This document shows positions 27,401 through 38,059 of a stretch of 64,000 nt of DNA, piece by piece (the first letter of the stretch is position 1; every line of letters starts with the position of its first letter). Location: positions 2,606,001-2,670,000 of the forward strand of contig CM119371.1 in assembly GCA_051294905.1 (NCBI GenBank), given 5' to 3'. A program made the position numbers and the translations under genes. The notes under the pieces were generated by a model that worked only from the letters and a program-made list of their open reading frames with translations, was not told the origin of the DNA and did no database searches. This stretch comes from Botryllus schlosseri (taxonomy: Eukaryota).

Positions 27401-30400
27401 GAATCTATGAATCACATGCTATCTATGTTTGGTTGTAAGAAGTTTAATGGCCATCAATTTTGAAGAAATTGACCCCCGCCATTAATTTGTCAATGTTAGG
27501 TCAAGTTTATCTGGTAGGGAAATGAATCAACGTTTCATTGAGACTACTTGTGGTACAGTAGCCTCATGAAAAAGAATTGGACACCCTTTTCTATTATTAC
27601 CCATTCAAATCTTTTACTGCTTAGTGTCCAAAGTTACCCTTAAGTCCAAAGTTACCCCGGTTTAACGTATTTATAAAACAGAATCAGAGGTGTTCGCAAT
27701 TACTGATAATAGATATAAACCTTCTGCTCCACGATATACAGTAGTACCCAATAAAAAACGACTATGGAGCTGGCAGTCCACGTACGAGTTCAGTGTCGAT
27801 TTCCACAGCATGGATTATCACTGTTTCACTGTAGTCATTCATCTTGTTTTATAACAAACAAAATATTGTTCATTGTGCCAGCCAATAACCTTACAAAAGT
27901 AATTGCAAACCAATATCCGAATTAAGGGAGTCCGTTGCATTCGTAATTTGCAGTGCAACTCTACTTACCTAAACGCAAAGAGATATATTAACTCGGATTC
28001 CCTAAGCCAGCGAATGGAATACATGCTAGCATGGCCTAGTCGGCAATAGTGCTAGTCAACTATGTCGCCAACATTTTATCGATTTAATCCAGCAACATGA
28101 CATGATTTACGAAAATTCACGCCGGAGTAAGCTCGTACTCGAAAACGCATGAACGAAATTGTAGTGGCTGCAACATTTTACAGCAAGTTACCAATGTTTT
28201 GACATTGATGATAATTGATCATTCTACTACGATATTCATTCATAAAGCAGTGTCATGTTTGCTGAAAAAATACCAACGTGGACGGGATGGCCTACCTCTA
28301 CAATTAATAGGAGCCACGCAGTCAACTTCGGTCGAATTCGAACTAGAAACCACATTGACGTTACAGAAAATGAAAATTATCCAACACCGCTAACTAGAAT
28401 GTTTGATATCTGACCTTTGTAAAGATCGTTTTGTGATTTCGAGAAGACGACGCCTGCCACAAATCGCCGCACGACTGACCATCTTTCTTCATGGAGATGT
28501 TCTTCATCGAAGCGAGAGAATTCGGTAAACTCCATTTCCGTGATAAAGATGGCTGCCAGATATTCTTGAACACTTTGATGACAAAAGAAAAACGTGAAAT
28601 CTCCTTGCATCAAATGCCGGCTGAGTAGATTGTTCCCAGGAGCTTTCGTCATTAAATCTTGGACATCCTCTGAGGATACTCCAAACTGTGTCAGGTCAGA
28701 CTCTTTAAACACGACCCTTCCTTCTATCATGCCTTGAAATGCCAATGCCTTTAGTTTGTTGACGATAGATATAATTTGATCCCGATTTCTAATGTTTTCG
28801 ACACTTTGCAGAGCTAATATGATTCGGTTGTAGAGTTCTGCTACCGTTTTTGGAGGAGGTTCACTAGGATCCCTTCCCATCACAACTGCTGTTAAAATCA
28901 GGAAAACGGGTACGGAAACTAAATTCAGCAGTCTCGGTGACATTGATTTGATATTCTGCCAGAGTTCCTCGCCTTTTTCATTCAGTAAAAACACAAATAG
29001 CCTGTAGGCGTCTTCCAAAGTAAGACCATTCAGCGTAATGATGGTTTTGGGTCGCGCCATCGCCGGTAACTCCGAAACCGCAAATTCACGTGAAGCTATG
29101 TAAACTTTAACGTGTCGGAGGATATTCCGCGCTAGAATGTTATACATGATTGTACAGCTGCTTGCGGCTTCGTGCTTTTTTACTTTGCGCAGACTTTTCT
29201 CTTCAAAATGCCACCTCGCTTGATCAAGCCCGTCGAATATTAAAATAGCGTCAGATTGATGTTCGTCGAGCCATTTGAATGCTTCTTCTTCGTCTTTTTT
29301 GTTTTGGTAAAGCCCCCCAAACAAAAATTTTGACGGTTTAATTTTGCTCCTTACTTCAATATCCTTCAATTCAATATAATGTACCATTTTTAGATCGGAA
29401 GAATGCATATCTTCGACTTCCTCCCTTGCAGTCGACATACTGAGTGCTTGTCTAGCTATTCTGCGTGTGAGTGTGGATTTTCCCGATCCAGCGGATGCGA
29501 CGATAGCAGTTGTCCCAACTGATTTTGACGAGTCCAATATTTCCCTCTGCCATACGGATGCCATTACTTCATCAACATCGATCGTTTTACCGCTAACTTC
29601 GCCTTGGCGGATAAACCCAATTTCCTTTGTTAGCTGATTATGCCCAAACTGGGAAAACTGCTTGTGATGCCATTCCGACTGGTCCGTGAAAGGTAGCCTG
29701 GAATTGACAACATATAACCTACTTTTGAATAAAAACGTGTGAATTAAACCATAGGCTGTATAAATCGAACCCGAAATATGTTTACTTTGCAGCCTACTCG
29801 TTCATCTATGTACACTGTACAGTTAGTTAGTTAGTTAGCTAGGGTTACTCAAAAATTTCTTTTTTTTCTGGATTCCGGCCATTCACTTGTTAAATTGTCA
29901 GGTTAGCCTTGAACACGCTGCACACCAAATTTGGTTCAATTCCAACCAGCAGGCCTATAAGACGCCGCAGAGCACATTTAAATTTTCAATTTATTATGAA
30001 AAAAAAAAGTTTCTGTCAAATTGTCGAGTTGTCTTCAAAAACGATGCAAAAGAAATTTAACTCAATTCTAACTCGTAGAATATGAGTTATTTGAGTTTGT
30101 CATTTATTATTCTGGGATTATCCACCGCCAATGCTATTATTGCAATTTATGCAGAACTTTAAACTGCAACAACTCCACTTCTACAGGTTGGAATTGAGTC
30201 AAATTTGTTTTGCATAGTTTTTGAAGGCAACTCAACAATTTCACTGGGTTGACAGAAAATTTTGAGAATTTTTTCTTTTAATTTTTCATGATAAATCAAA
30301 AATTAAATTGGGTCAGCGGTGGCTTATACTGATTAGAATTGAACCAAATTTGTTGTGCAGCGTTTCTAAGGGTTACCTGACAATTCAATCAGTGAATGGC

Positions 30401-33400
30401 TGGAATACTAAAATAAAACACTTCCATTTAAACAGCCCTATAGTTGTACAATGTACACTGTACAGCAGGGGTCTCAACTCAAATGTGATCGCGGGCCAAT
30501 TTTCTAGTTTTTGACGACGCCGCGGGCCGCTGCATCAAATAGTTTCATTATATTTATTTTTAGGCCTTTTTGACGGGACCTTGCAAACTGGCATTCCATA
30601 CACATCTTGAAGTCTGATTTACTATCGTAATATTGATGCTTGCTACAAAAAAAGTTACATTTTAAGTATACGAATGAAATTGTTGTTGTACTTGGCCTAA
30701 TTTGTAATTATAACGAGTCGTAAACACCACGCGAGAGGACAAATGCCCCATGAAATCGTAAAAGCCGTCGTGTTATAAATTTGCAGCTAGCTGACACTTG
30801 ACGTGCCATAACTGTAGGTAGAATATTTTGGAATGTAACGAAGATTGGTCTGATATCAGAGCATTTGGGAGAAGTAGCCTTAATCCTGGATTTGGGCATA
30901 CTTCTTATCAGAAAGCAATTGATCATGCCATTGCTGAAGTCAAATTAGAATATTAGAGTATTGAAACAGGTGAATAACAACTTGAATATAATATTTGTGG
31001 AATGTGGAGCGCACTCATCTCACCTTCACTTGGCGATAATATGATATAGAAAAGACCCAAGATGACCCATGATGTATACCTATATAACAATACAATACAT
31101 CAAGTGGATCACAATATGCCAATACCATACCAACCTGCTTAGATAACTAAACGCTATGCAACACAAGCTATGACCTTTTGATATATTAGACTACTATTCT
31201 CCATGACATTTTGATAGTATGTTGTGTTTGTGATTGCACCAATAAGTCATGGCGTTCCGAGTCATACGTTATTTTCCGATTTCAAAGTTTGACCCGACTC
31301 ATCTAGAGTTATATTTATTTTATCTTCTAGTCTGTCCGAGTTCGAGTAATGATACAAAAGTCCAAATCACAACTTTCAGGAATCAGGAGCAGGCCATGTT
31401 TTATCATCATAATAGGGTAATGTGACATAATACCTGACCTTCCATAACATGGTAGCATTGGAAGTTATGTAATAGAGAAGTTTGATACCCCTGCTGTACA
31501 TTGTATGTTGTCATGTTTCCAATCCTAAATCTGTAAACCAAGTCAATCAGTTGCGTTCACCTAAAATGATGGAGGCGGAAGCCAGACATTTCAAGAAGAT
31601 ATTAATTTACTTGAGTTGGATAGAAACCAGCCATTTTAGTTTGTTGGTCGTCGTGTTTAGCAGGGTTGTAACCAAGTCATAAGGTTCCATGACACAAGTC
31701 AATCTCACTTCAATAGTTTTGTCTCGAGTAAAGTCGAGTGCTTTTCAATTCACCACCGGGTCAAGTCCGAGTCCAAGTCAGCTGGTGGAGGGTCGAGTCC
31801 GAGTCCGAGTCCAATTGAATCATTATGTTCACTGTTCAGTTTGCAGTTCAATCCGGTTCAACCCACTCTTTTCAACTCTGCTGGAGTGATGTAGAATGTC
31901 ACGCATTCATATTATAGTAATTTTTCTCGAGGTCCTAACAAATTGTGGCCCTATTGTTCGAGTATCTGGAACTGGACTGATAGACAAAATACCAATAATG
32001 TGGACATAGTCACTTTACTATTCTTCAAAGCTACAATGAAATGTCTTTCTTGGCCGTCCTACTCTCGAGGTGAATGACTAGGTCTATTCCCGCAAATGAC
32101 TCGAGTACAAGTCGATTCAATACAAAAATTGAATCGAGCAATTTGACGCATTTGACAAAAATGAGTCAAGTCAAGTTGAGTCAGCAAAAATTGCGACTCG
32201 AGTCATTTTTTTTCAAATACCGTACGTCAAATTACTCAAATATATCTCTAAACACCAAGGTTGTATTGACTCGAGTCAAGTCGAGTCACCAAAAATGGCG
32301 AATCGAGTATATATTTTGAAGCGGTTTTATGAGAAAAACGCAGTGAAATAGAGTCATGCGTCGGCTAAGACCACGAGAGATATTAATTGGTAATATCCCA
32401 AATAAATTTTGGCGTCAAAAGGGTCTGGGGTCACTGTGATTTAAATGAGTTAAGAATGTTTCGTGTTTCGACTCAACTGACGTCGCGGGTGGTGTTCAAA
32501 CCATCAGATCGCTTGTGGGCCGCACAAGTCCATTGATTCCACAATATATTGCTTCAAAATCCATACCCTTGTTTTCCATTAGACTACATCACAACAATAT
32601 TATCAATCCTCTATAGGGCCTACAAAATGACATGTAATGACAAGAGTGGCGATTTTTTAGTGACTCAACTTGGCTCGAGTCACTTTTTCAAATGCGTAAA
32701 ATGACTCGACTTGTACTCGAGTCATTGTACATCACTCGAATTGAGTCATATGACTCGAGACTAGGACGGCTTCGAAGATTAGTAAAATTACTACATTATT
32801 TCGTCCATCAGTCCTGGTACTTAAGAAATAGGGGCAGAAACTGTTGAGAACGAAGATAATATAACATATTTTTATAAATGTTATTATGATTAAGAGCTAA
32901 ACTATATCCCACTAGCATCGTTGGAAAAGGTGGATTGAATTGGATTAAAATCACAACTGATCAGGCAACACAATGACTTTGGACACAGTGTTGCTACTTT
33001 GACTCGGACCTCTACTCACTGACTGGACTCGGTGGTGATTTGAAAATGACTCGTCTTGACTCGAGTCAAAACTAAAAAAGTGAGATTGACTCGTGAAATG
33101 GAACCTTGTGACTTGGTTACAACCCTGCAAAATATTATATCTGATATTATTACGGATCATCGGGATTCAATTGCTGCTACAACTCGCAAACATTGGAACT
33201 GGCAATAACACGATGATTAAGCGGGTGAATGAAGTTATTATAAACTGATAAAACAGTGGCTGTACCGATGATATATATTTTCATAATCCTTGGTTTTAGT
33301 CGTAGGTCTATACTGATATCAAGCTGGCGTAGGCGTTGTAAAGAATACAGAAGATTTCACTGTATACGCAGAGTCATAAGCGATGCAGCAATGCAGCCAC

Positions 33401-36400
33401 ATCTATTTGAATTATATTTCTGTGTAACGATTATACTCTATATGTAACTCGCATACAACGGTTCAACATTGACGCTTTCGCTTCTGTGGATAACTATTTT
33501 TTGGTCAATTTTTTGACAAAAATCGGAACTCATTATACACAATTTTTTGTCTTCTCGGAATTTATTGTGAATGTCAGAGACTATAATTCCTAATGGTGAG
33601 TAGCCTAAAGTGAAGCTACAACACCGATGTTAGGTGGTCATGATGTGTCAGATGAAAATACTGGACATTTGCCGTCTTGACAGATTATTTAACAATTTCT
33701 TATTCAAAATCTTGAGATTTGTTTTAAATGTGCTGGATAATATACGCGTATATTTGAATCTGCTCAAAATTGCATCTCAGGCCGGATGAAATCGTTTGAC
33801 ATCCCTGGTTTAAATATTTGGCCCGCTAGTCTATTTTTTGCTTCTCATTCGGCCCGCTAGGAGAAATTACTGTCTACCGCAGGTTTATGAGCATCTTCAT
33901 TCCTACATTCTTCTAACCTGCTGTTTTCGTAGCGACCTTTGTAATAATCGTTGACGTCGACTTGTCGCATCTGAGGGTAAACTTCAAAATCGGGTTTCTG
34001 AAGCTCTTCATTTTGGAAGTCTTGAAGGACATCAATGGACGTTACTGCCTTGGTATTGTCGTTTATAGTTTGAATTAATTTTCGTAGCGGGACGGCTGAA
34101 AAAGAAAAGATTCTGGAATATCTAGGATGAGTTTGTGGCGCACAACAGCCTTGCATTCCAAGCAAATATTGTTTAGGCGCCTGTTCAGGAGTATCCGGAT
34201 TCTACAATTAAAAAAATTCATGCTCAAGGTATGTCACAAGAAAAAGGTAATGGCTTCATCCCATCTCCATGTCACGACGGCAGATGAGTTGGACTCGAGT
34301 CGAGTTGAGTCACCAAAGAGGCGCGACTCGAGTCGAGACTCGATTCATTTCAACCCTGGCTATGGGTTTCGTGTTACAATACATCTAATGCAGGATATCT
34401 ATATTTTAAACAGCATAAGGACTAGACCACATTATATGATGCAAATTGTACGTTTGCTATAGAATAGTGGCTCTAATTCATGGGCCACCAACACATGGAC
34501 TGTGTGGCACATTATGCGACACCTGCAGTAAGGCACAACACCTTAATTAGACGTTTATGAAACTTCCCCGATACAATGCATTGATGGACGTATTCCTGGA
34601 TAGCATATATTTGATTACAATACCAATATGTATACGGTAATGCGAACAAATTGACCAAACTCACCTTCATGGCGTGGTGTTATGACGTTTTGTGTGACCT
34701 GTTTGATCACCACTTTACCGTGGTCATTCACATTCAATTCCACATTGCCCTGGACGTCTTTAGCAAGGGCGGCTAGAATGATAATTTCATATTAACTACG
34801 GTAGATTCTAGAATGTGTGGAGAATTACAATAAACTTGTAACTTACATCTACCAAAAAAAGGATTGTAATTATTGATACGTCAGCATTCTACAAGCGTGT
34901 TTATTTCGCATCAGATTAACTAGCTTGGTCAGAAGTCAAATAAAAGATAGCTAAAAAGCACAAATATACGGATTGATTAATGATGAGCGTTGAGCTCATC
35001 AGGACACTGACACCATGCTGCTGTTGGAAAATCATGTGACATGGGAGTAGGCCTACATTGTTTTTCAATATAACCATTCTTAAGAATGTAATGGTTTGGT
35101 TTCCAATATAAACTATTAATTCACTAAACGTTTCATTGTTCAACCGGCATATTTCAAAGTAGTATGTCATTTCGTTGGGTACGATCGGTGTCGTTTGAAA
35201 GAGGTCACTACACGATGTCACTCCAAGGAAATGTTCAATCATTAAATTATAACAACTTGTGATTGCCACTCTTGACCAAAAACTCTTGGCTGCTCAGAAT
35301 ATTAAGGGGCCAACTAACCATTTTACTGGAGGAGACAACAGACCAGACAAGCACATAGCAGTGACACTAGCAATGCTGCCAAAATCTTATTTACAGAAGT
35401 AATTACATACTATTTTTTAGTATTTAAGCTCTGTGCATCACAATATAAAACGATCAGGGGAAGGAAGCAACCATATATGAGAAAAGCGAGGCCACATTAT
35501 TATATAAGACTGGATATTGTCTTCGGACTGCTTAAAGTCCTGGCGCGGGCCGTATCTTGTCCGCCCCTGTTCTAGCCTACATGGCATGTGACATGACCTT
35601 ATAAGGAAATATCTTGTTTCTCAATAACTTTGTCCCTTTTAACGCATTCTGCACATATGTTTGACAGACCAACCATAAAAGCATTAGTTCGCAGCTATAG
35701 GCTACGAGAAATCTCCTGAACAGTGCAATTTCCGGCATTAGTTAAAATAGGAGTATCAATGTACAGATGGTTCAACCTTCGACGCAATGGTGACAGTTAA
35801 AATCGTGGTATAAATACGATTATTGTAGTTTTTGAAACTAAAAAGTTTATATCCAAATAAACTTGCTCCTAGTTTAAGGTGGCTTTATGCCCCAGCATGT
35901 GCTTTCACGTCCTCAAGGGTTCGCGGCCTCTAGTTGGAGAACCACTGTCCTAGACCTTATATTTATGGCGATTAGGTCAAAATTGAAGCGTTTCGTCAAA
36001 AATGGTAAGAATTTTCAAACAGTTGATTCTTTTCTTGCAACATGGATTTCGTTGTATCGTAGATTTTGCACTGTCGGTGAACTTGTCATTTGACATTTTA
36101 CAGCTTGTAGCCTACTTTATAGGCCAACTTTTGTAGACGACCGATTGTAGGCTCATTGTGAATCATAAACATTCAAATGAAACAAATAGGTTGACAAATT
36201 GTCATGCTCAACATATCGCACTAACCCAACTGAAGCGAGACTGCGTGGGCACCATTGCCAGAATGAAGCAACACGGTTGGTCACGAGAAGTGTACGCACA
36301 ACTGCTGCTGTTGAATATTCTTTCTCCATTCTTGGCAAGCTACTTCGTAAGGACAGACAATTTCTACCCGAGAATGTAGGAAAGTATTTTTCGATGTACG

Positions 36401-36950
36401 GTACTGCAAAATTTTTTAATTATTTCTACCATAATGCGTAATGTAACTACTGGAATTCTTCATAGGGCCAGATTTCATTAAAATAAAGTTTTGTGAAGTA
36501 AAAATTTGTCAGTTTTTGAGTCGAAAAAGTTTTTTTCAGGCCGAACTACTTCGTAAGGACAGACAGTTCCAACGAGGAATGAGGATAAGTAGTAGGCTAC
36601 AATTATAACATTATGTGGGAAAACACCTAATTTGCATACGTTGGATCAAAAAATGTCAATCAAAAATCTTTATTTTCCAGGTAAAACAAACTTGCCCTAC
36701 TTATAATACACCTAGATTTGATTTGATAATTCGAAACAGCAGCTATTGTGCTATCTGTAAGAATCATCAAAACTTCTCACTATTATTATTTAGCGTTCGA
36801 TTACAAAGAGCAAAATAAATTATACCGGTATGTATGTAGATTAGGACCTCAAATAATTAAGTAGGCTACTTCCTTACTGATAGCTCCAATTGATGACGAT
36901 GAAGGCATATCAGTGATACCAGAATCTTCACATCGATGCCTTTTCGCCAT
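3318..36950 (-). CDS. NLR-like gene (NACHT + degenerate LRR), 13 predicted coding exons, about 979 aa; span of the whole model
   Basis: Exons 36878-36950, 34665-34772, 33918-34095, 28415-29697, 20997-21322, 17990-18094, 15992-16114, 12492-12632, 10161-10238, 9859-10026, 6720-6918, 3941-3992, 3318-3423. All have GT/AG boundaries and join in consistent phase (2940 nt). The NACHT exon is unambiguous; the 3' exons are less certain. Confidence 0.8.
3941..3992 (-). CDS. NLR exon (VLREKDAWQRLDWDFYR)
   Basis: Strong acceptor ttatttcag and donor AG|gtgagt; phase 1 in, phase 2 out. Confidence 0.6.
4422..4763. mobile_element. hAT-superfamily MITE
   Basis: TIRs CAGTGATTCCCAAC / GTTGGGAACCACTG; perfect 8-bp TSD ATCTAAAG (4414-4421, 4764-4771). 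Confidence 0.9.
5464..6040. repeat. Interspersed repeat family rich in ACTACTT/AAGTAG motifs (probable MITE); related copies near 3500-3600, 10470-10715, 11330-11960 and 13260-13440
   Basis: Shared terminal-like motif GGTCAG(C/T)AAC / GTTACTGACCACCTCTG and recurring actactt motifs. Boundaries approximate; no clean TSD found. Confidence 0.45.
6720..6918 (-). CDS. NLR exon, LRR-like (...NLKKLTLVYCGENDMLKGDALQKVREIL...)
   Basis: Inside ORF 6688-6990; NAGNAG acceptor (cacagcag) and donor G|gtgagt. Confidence 0.75.
7300..8845. mobile_element. Fold-back/MITE-like element with long imperfect inverted arms (about 7300-7770 and 8375-8845)
   Basis: For example tcatcaggttacctaaaa...caattccaaccagtagaagc is mirrored by gcttctactggttggaattg...ttttaggtaacctgatga. 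Shares the caccaaatt...ttccaaccag motif with elements at 17.1, 29.9 and 38.1 kb. Confidence 0.7.
9859..10026 (-). CDS. NLR exon (LDLLDIAVNG...LEACQQKK)
   Basis: ORF 9835-10026; acceptor cattttag, donor AAG|gtagta; 168 nt, phase 0/0. Confidence 0.7.
10161..10238 (-). CDS. NLR exon (ISKVLLNCTKENIDWSMTETCCRKYQ)
   Basis: Acceptor gtgttcag, donor CAA|gtatga; 78 nt, phase 0/0. Confidence 0.6.
12492..12632 (-). CDS. NLR exon (ESTLSFNMVLSLSAVEFLINLF...ELSECK)
   Basis: Inside ORF 12444-12671; acceptor ttttcgcag. Donor after 12492 (or an alternative in-phase donor after 12483). Confidence 0.65.
13617..15523 (-). mobile_element. hAT-superfamily element, internally deleted, with a transposase C-terminal remnant
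   Basis: TIRs TAGGGCAATTTTTTTTTAC / GTAAAAAAAAATTGCCCTA; perfect 8-bp TSD GTTATAAT. Minus-strand remnant TNAAVERSFSILGKL...R.F.PEN (13865-14000) resembles the hAT dimerisation motif. Confidence 0.85.
15992..16114 (-). CDS. NLR exon (VVKMTVGEEWVELKNEEDVIKISG...FNVK)
   Basis: Acceptor atattcag, donor AAG|gtttga; 123 nt, open, phase 0/0. Confidence 0.55.
17094..17880. mobile_element. Fold-back MITE-like element (same family as 7.3, 29.9 and 38.1 kb)
   Basis: Imperfect inverted arms (ttgttaggttggttgaaacaacgctgtaaaccaaatttgg mirrored by ccaaagttggcctgcagcgttgttttcgccaacctgacaa); boundaries approximate. Confidence 0.55.
17990..18094 (-). CDS. NLR LRR exon (VKEVDLRDNELSATALRLLL...)
   Basis: LxxLxLxxNxL-type motif; acceptor cattccag, donor GAA|gtgaga; 105 nt. 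Confidence 0.75.
20340..20648. repeat. GACTCGAGTC-rich interspersed repeat (end motif GTTACAACCCTG); other copies at about 19370-19478, 31661-33127, 34280-34357, 42170-42720 and 59050-59190
   Basis: Multiple GACTCGAGTC palindromic motifs and a shared terminal CAGGGTTG(T/C)AA motif. Confidence 0.65.
20997..21322 (-). CDS. NLR exon: NACHT-associated helical region and first LRR (LDSLNLYNCSIDDELLGIIARCL)
   Basis: ORF 20973-21275 extended to acceptor catcacag; donor CAC|gtgagc. Phase 1 matches the NACHT exon donor. Confidence 0.85.
22885..23669 (+). pseudogene. Harbinger Myb/SANT-like DNA-binding protein, frameshifted, 2 exons
   Basis: KREPNFSIQEKKLLLDLV...IENKK, then a shift in the A-run at 22980 to TDKYSTNAKDRGWESLAEKFNS...KCLRKRWMNMK. 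Intron about 23211-23283; C-terminal coiled coil in ORF 23271-23669. Confidence 0.8.
23951..24758 (-). pseudogene. HARBI1-like Harbinger DDE transposase, frameshifted and internally deleted
   Basis: N-terminal EFIKRCRF..LTIALRFF, then frameshifted FATGHFQ. C-terminal LLGDNGYPL..LLTP..YNRAHIATRARIEQCIGVMKQRFRAL..IACLHN. Confidence 0.9.
25149..25830 (+). mobile_element. Penelope-like retroelement 3' fragment (GIY-YIG endonuclease plus pseudo-LTR region)
   Basis: Open frame 25149-25562 reads LVYEFKCHCDCRYVGRTTQRLQERIKQH...SAIGRHL...LESTIIKIHQPRLC (GIY-YIG signature). A hammerhead motif follows; the 3' boundary is approximate. Confidence 0.85.
25677..25711 (+). ncRNA. Minimal type I hammerhead ribozyme (Penelope-associated)
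   Basis: ACCC-CUGAUGA-G(UGUUGGCU)C-GAA-AAGCUU-C-GGGU: complete core, stem I ACCC/GGGU, palindromic stem III AAGCUU. Predicted cleavage after C25707. Confidence 0.8.
26011..27373. mobile_element. hAT non-autonomous element
   Basis: TIRs CAGGGGTTCTCAACC / GGTTGAGAACCACTG; perfect 8-bp TSD ACCTAGAG. Confidence 0.9.
26735..27259. mobile_element. hAT MITE nested in the 26011-27373 element
   Basis: TIRs CAGGGGTTGGCAGC / GTTGCCCACCTCTG; 8-bp TSD tattaaat / tattagat (7/8). Confidence 0.75.
28415..29697 (-). CDS. NACHT-domain exon of the NLR gene
   Basis: 395-aa ORF with Walker A ASAGSGKST, Walker B ILIFDGLDQ, sensor-1-like IASR, VPVFL and winged-helix FFFCHQSVQEYLAA. Acceptor attccag before 29697; donor G|gtcaga after 28415. 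Confidence 0.95.
29840..30440. mobile_element. Fold-back MITE-like element (same family as 7.3, 17.1 and 38.1 kb)
   Basis: attccggccattcact...aattgtcaggt...cgctgcacaccaaatttggttcaattc is mirrored by gaattgaaccaaatttgttgtgcagcg...acctgacaatt...agtgaatggctggaat. Confidence 0.65.
31661..33127. mobile_element. GACTCGAGTC-family element(s) forming a long inverted repeat
   Basis: CAGGGTTGTAACCAAGTCATAAGGTTCCAT... is mirrored at 33098-33127. No matching TSD, so this may be two copies in opposite orientation. Confidence 0.6.
33918..34095 (-). CDS. NLR pre-NACHT exon (AVPLRKLIQTINDNTKAV...KGRYENSR)
   Basis: Strong acceptor tcttttctttttcag. Donor AG|gttaga gives phase 2, matching the NACHT exon acceptor. 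Confidence 0.75.
34665..34772 (-). CDS. NLR N-terminal exon (TALAKDVQGNVELNVNDHGKVVIKQVTQNVITPRHE)
   Basis: Acceptor cattctag, donor G|gtgagt; 108 nt, phase 1/1, open. Confidence 0.7.
35964..36699 (+). mobile_element. hAT element related to 13617-15523, older and more degraded
   Basis: Remnant TTAAVEYSFSILGKLLRKDRQFLPENVGKY; right end TTGCCCTA; 8-bp TSD cttatatt / cttataat (7/8). Confidence 0.7.
36878..36950 (-). CDS. First coding exon of the NLR gene (MAKRHRCEDSGITDMPSSSSIGAI)
   Basis: ATG at 36950-36948; donor A|gtaagg in phase 1; upstream acceptor aatacag at 36980. Confidence 0.6.
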
Positions 36951-37289
36951 GATAACGATCACATAATATTAAATAGCTCCTGTATTAAACAATACCAAAA
37001 ATGCAAGAACAGTAGTTATGGTACGATTATTTCATGAACTCTACAAGTCTACATGCATACATGCATGTGCGCAGCTTAGAGGGAGCATTGTTGGAAAGCA
37101 TTTTCAAACCAGCAACCCATCATATTTCATGTCAACTGTAAATAAATACAATGCCTTGTCTACAAAAAGTACTGTTGAAATTAAGGAAGGAAAGGACGTA
37201 GTTAATTTTTGTCCTTGATGTTTTGCGGCATATACACCGACTCATGATACACATACACACGATCTGCGCATATGCATACCATGAGTGCA

Positions 37290-37510
37290 TGATGTGCATA
37301 TGCCACTGGACAAGGAAGTGCAGATATAGCCTTTACGGCTTTCTAAGTCATGCACCACCCCTCCATGCTATCCCAGTATTGCATGAGCACAAAGCAGGGT
37401 AGCCAAGGATACCAGTGTTACTAATCAGGTCTTTGGTCTGACCCGGCCGGGAATCGAACACACGACCTACCGATCAATTAGCCGGACGCTTAACCATTAC
37501 GCTATCTTGT
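37290..37510 (-). mobile_element. tRNA-derived SINE
   Basis: Minus-strand head with A-box-like TAGCGTAATGG and B-box GTTCGATTC, followed by a non-tRNA body (CCGGGTCAGACCAAAGAC...). The 3' limit is approximate. Confidence 0.7.
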
Positions 37511-37894
37511 CTGTTAAAGCAACTATTATAACTCAATTACCGTGCCGTAAGAGAATTTTCGAGCTTCCTCGGACGACCAATTCAATTTTCGTGAGGAAAA
37601 ACGACAAATCCTTCTAAAAGAGGACACATCGTAGGACTATATTTAACTAACCAATCATGTAGGGTAGCCTTTACCGTCTATAGCGTTTGCTGTGTAACCT
37701 CGAGTCTCAAACAAACTAAACTTCATACCAGTAAATTCTGTCTATGCTACTCCTATACCAATACCATTGTGTCAGGACGTCAGTCAGTCAGTACACTGTA
37801 GCGATGGGGAACAGGGAACAGCTATAGTCAGCTTTCATCTAATGTATCATTCACGACAGTGTATAGAGTCAGCGTGGGGAACGGGGATCAGATA

Positions 37895-38030
37895 GTCAGC
37901 TAAAGTATCATTCATATCTTTACCTTACGGGTTATTGAGAAATCTACGTACCTTATCTATTTGCTCTGCATGGCAACGCTAGCTGGTGAAGTTTCAAGAA
38001 CTAAAAACCAACTTTTATAATCCACACCCA
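37895..38030 (-). promoter_or_regulatory. Candidate proximal core promoter and non-coding first exon of the NLR gene
   Basis: TATAAAAG at 38019-38012; Inr-like TTCACC with A at 37987 (32 nt downstream); donor AG|gtacgt after 37952. Confidence 0.5.
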
Positions 38031-38059
38031 TCCCCACAGCAGCAGCGCAACTTTTTTCC

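Larger units (their letters stand above)
21650..27667. mobile_element. Tc1/mariner (pogo-like) non-autonomous element acting as the shell for nested insertions
   Basis: TA|CCGTAAAACGGGGTAACTTTGGAC ... GTCCAAAGTTACCCCGGTTTAACG|TA, with TA TSD. The GGGTAACTTTGGACA motif recurs internally (about 21830, 21851, 25891, 25927, 27625). Confidence 0.75.

Noticed and set aside
37435..37510. Functional tRNA gene
   Set aside because: A/B boxes are present, but I could not fold a convincing acceptor stem and it runs into a SINE-like body.
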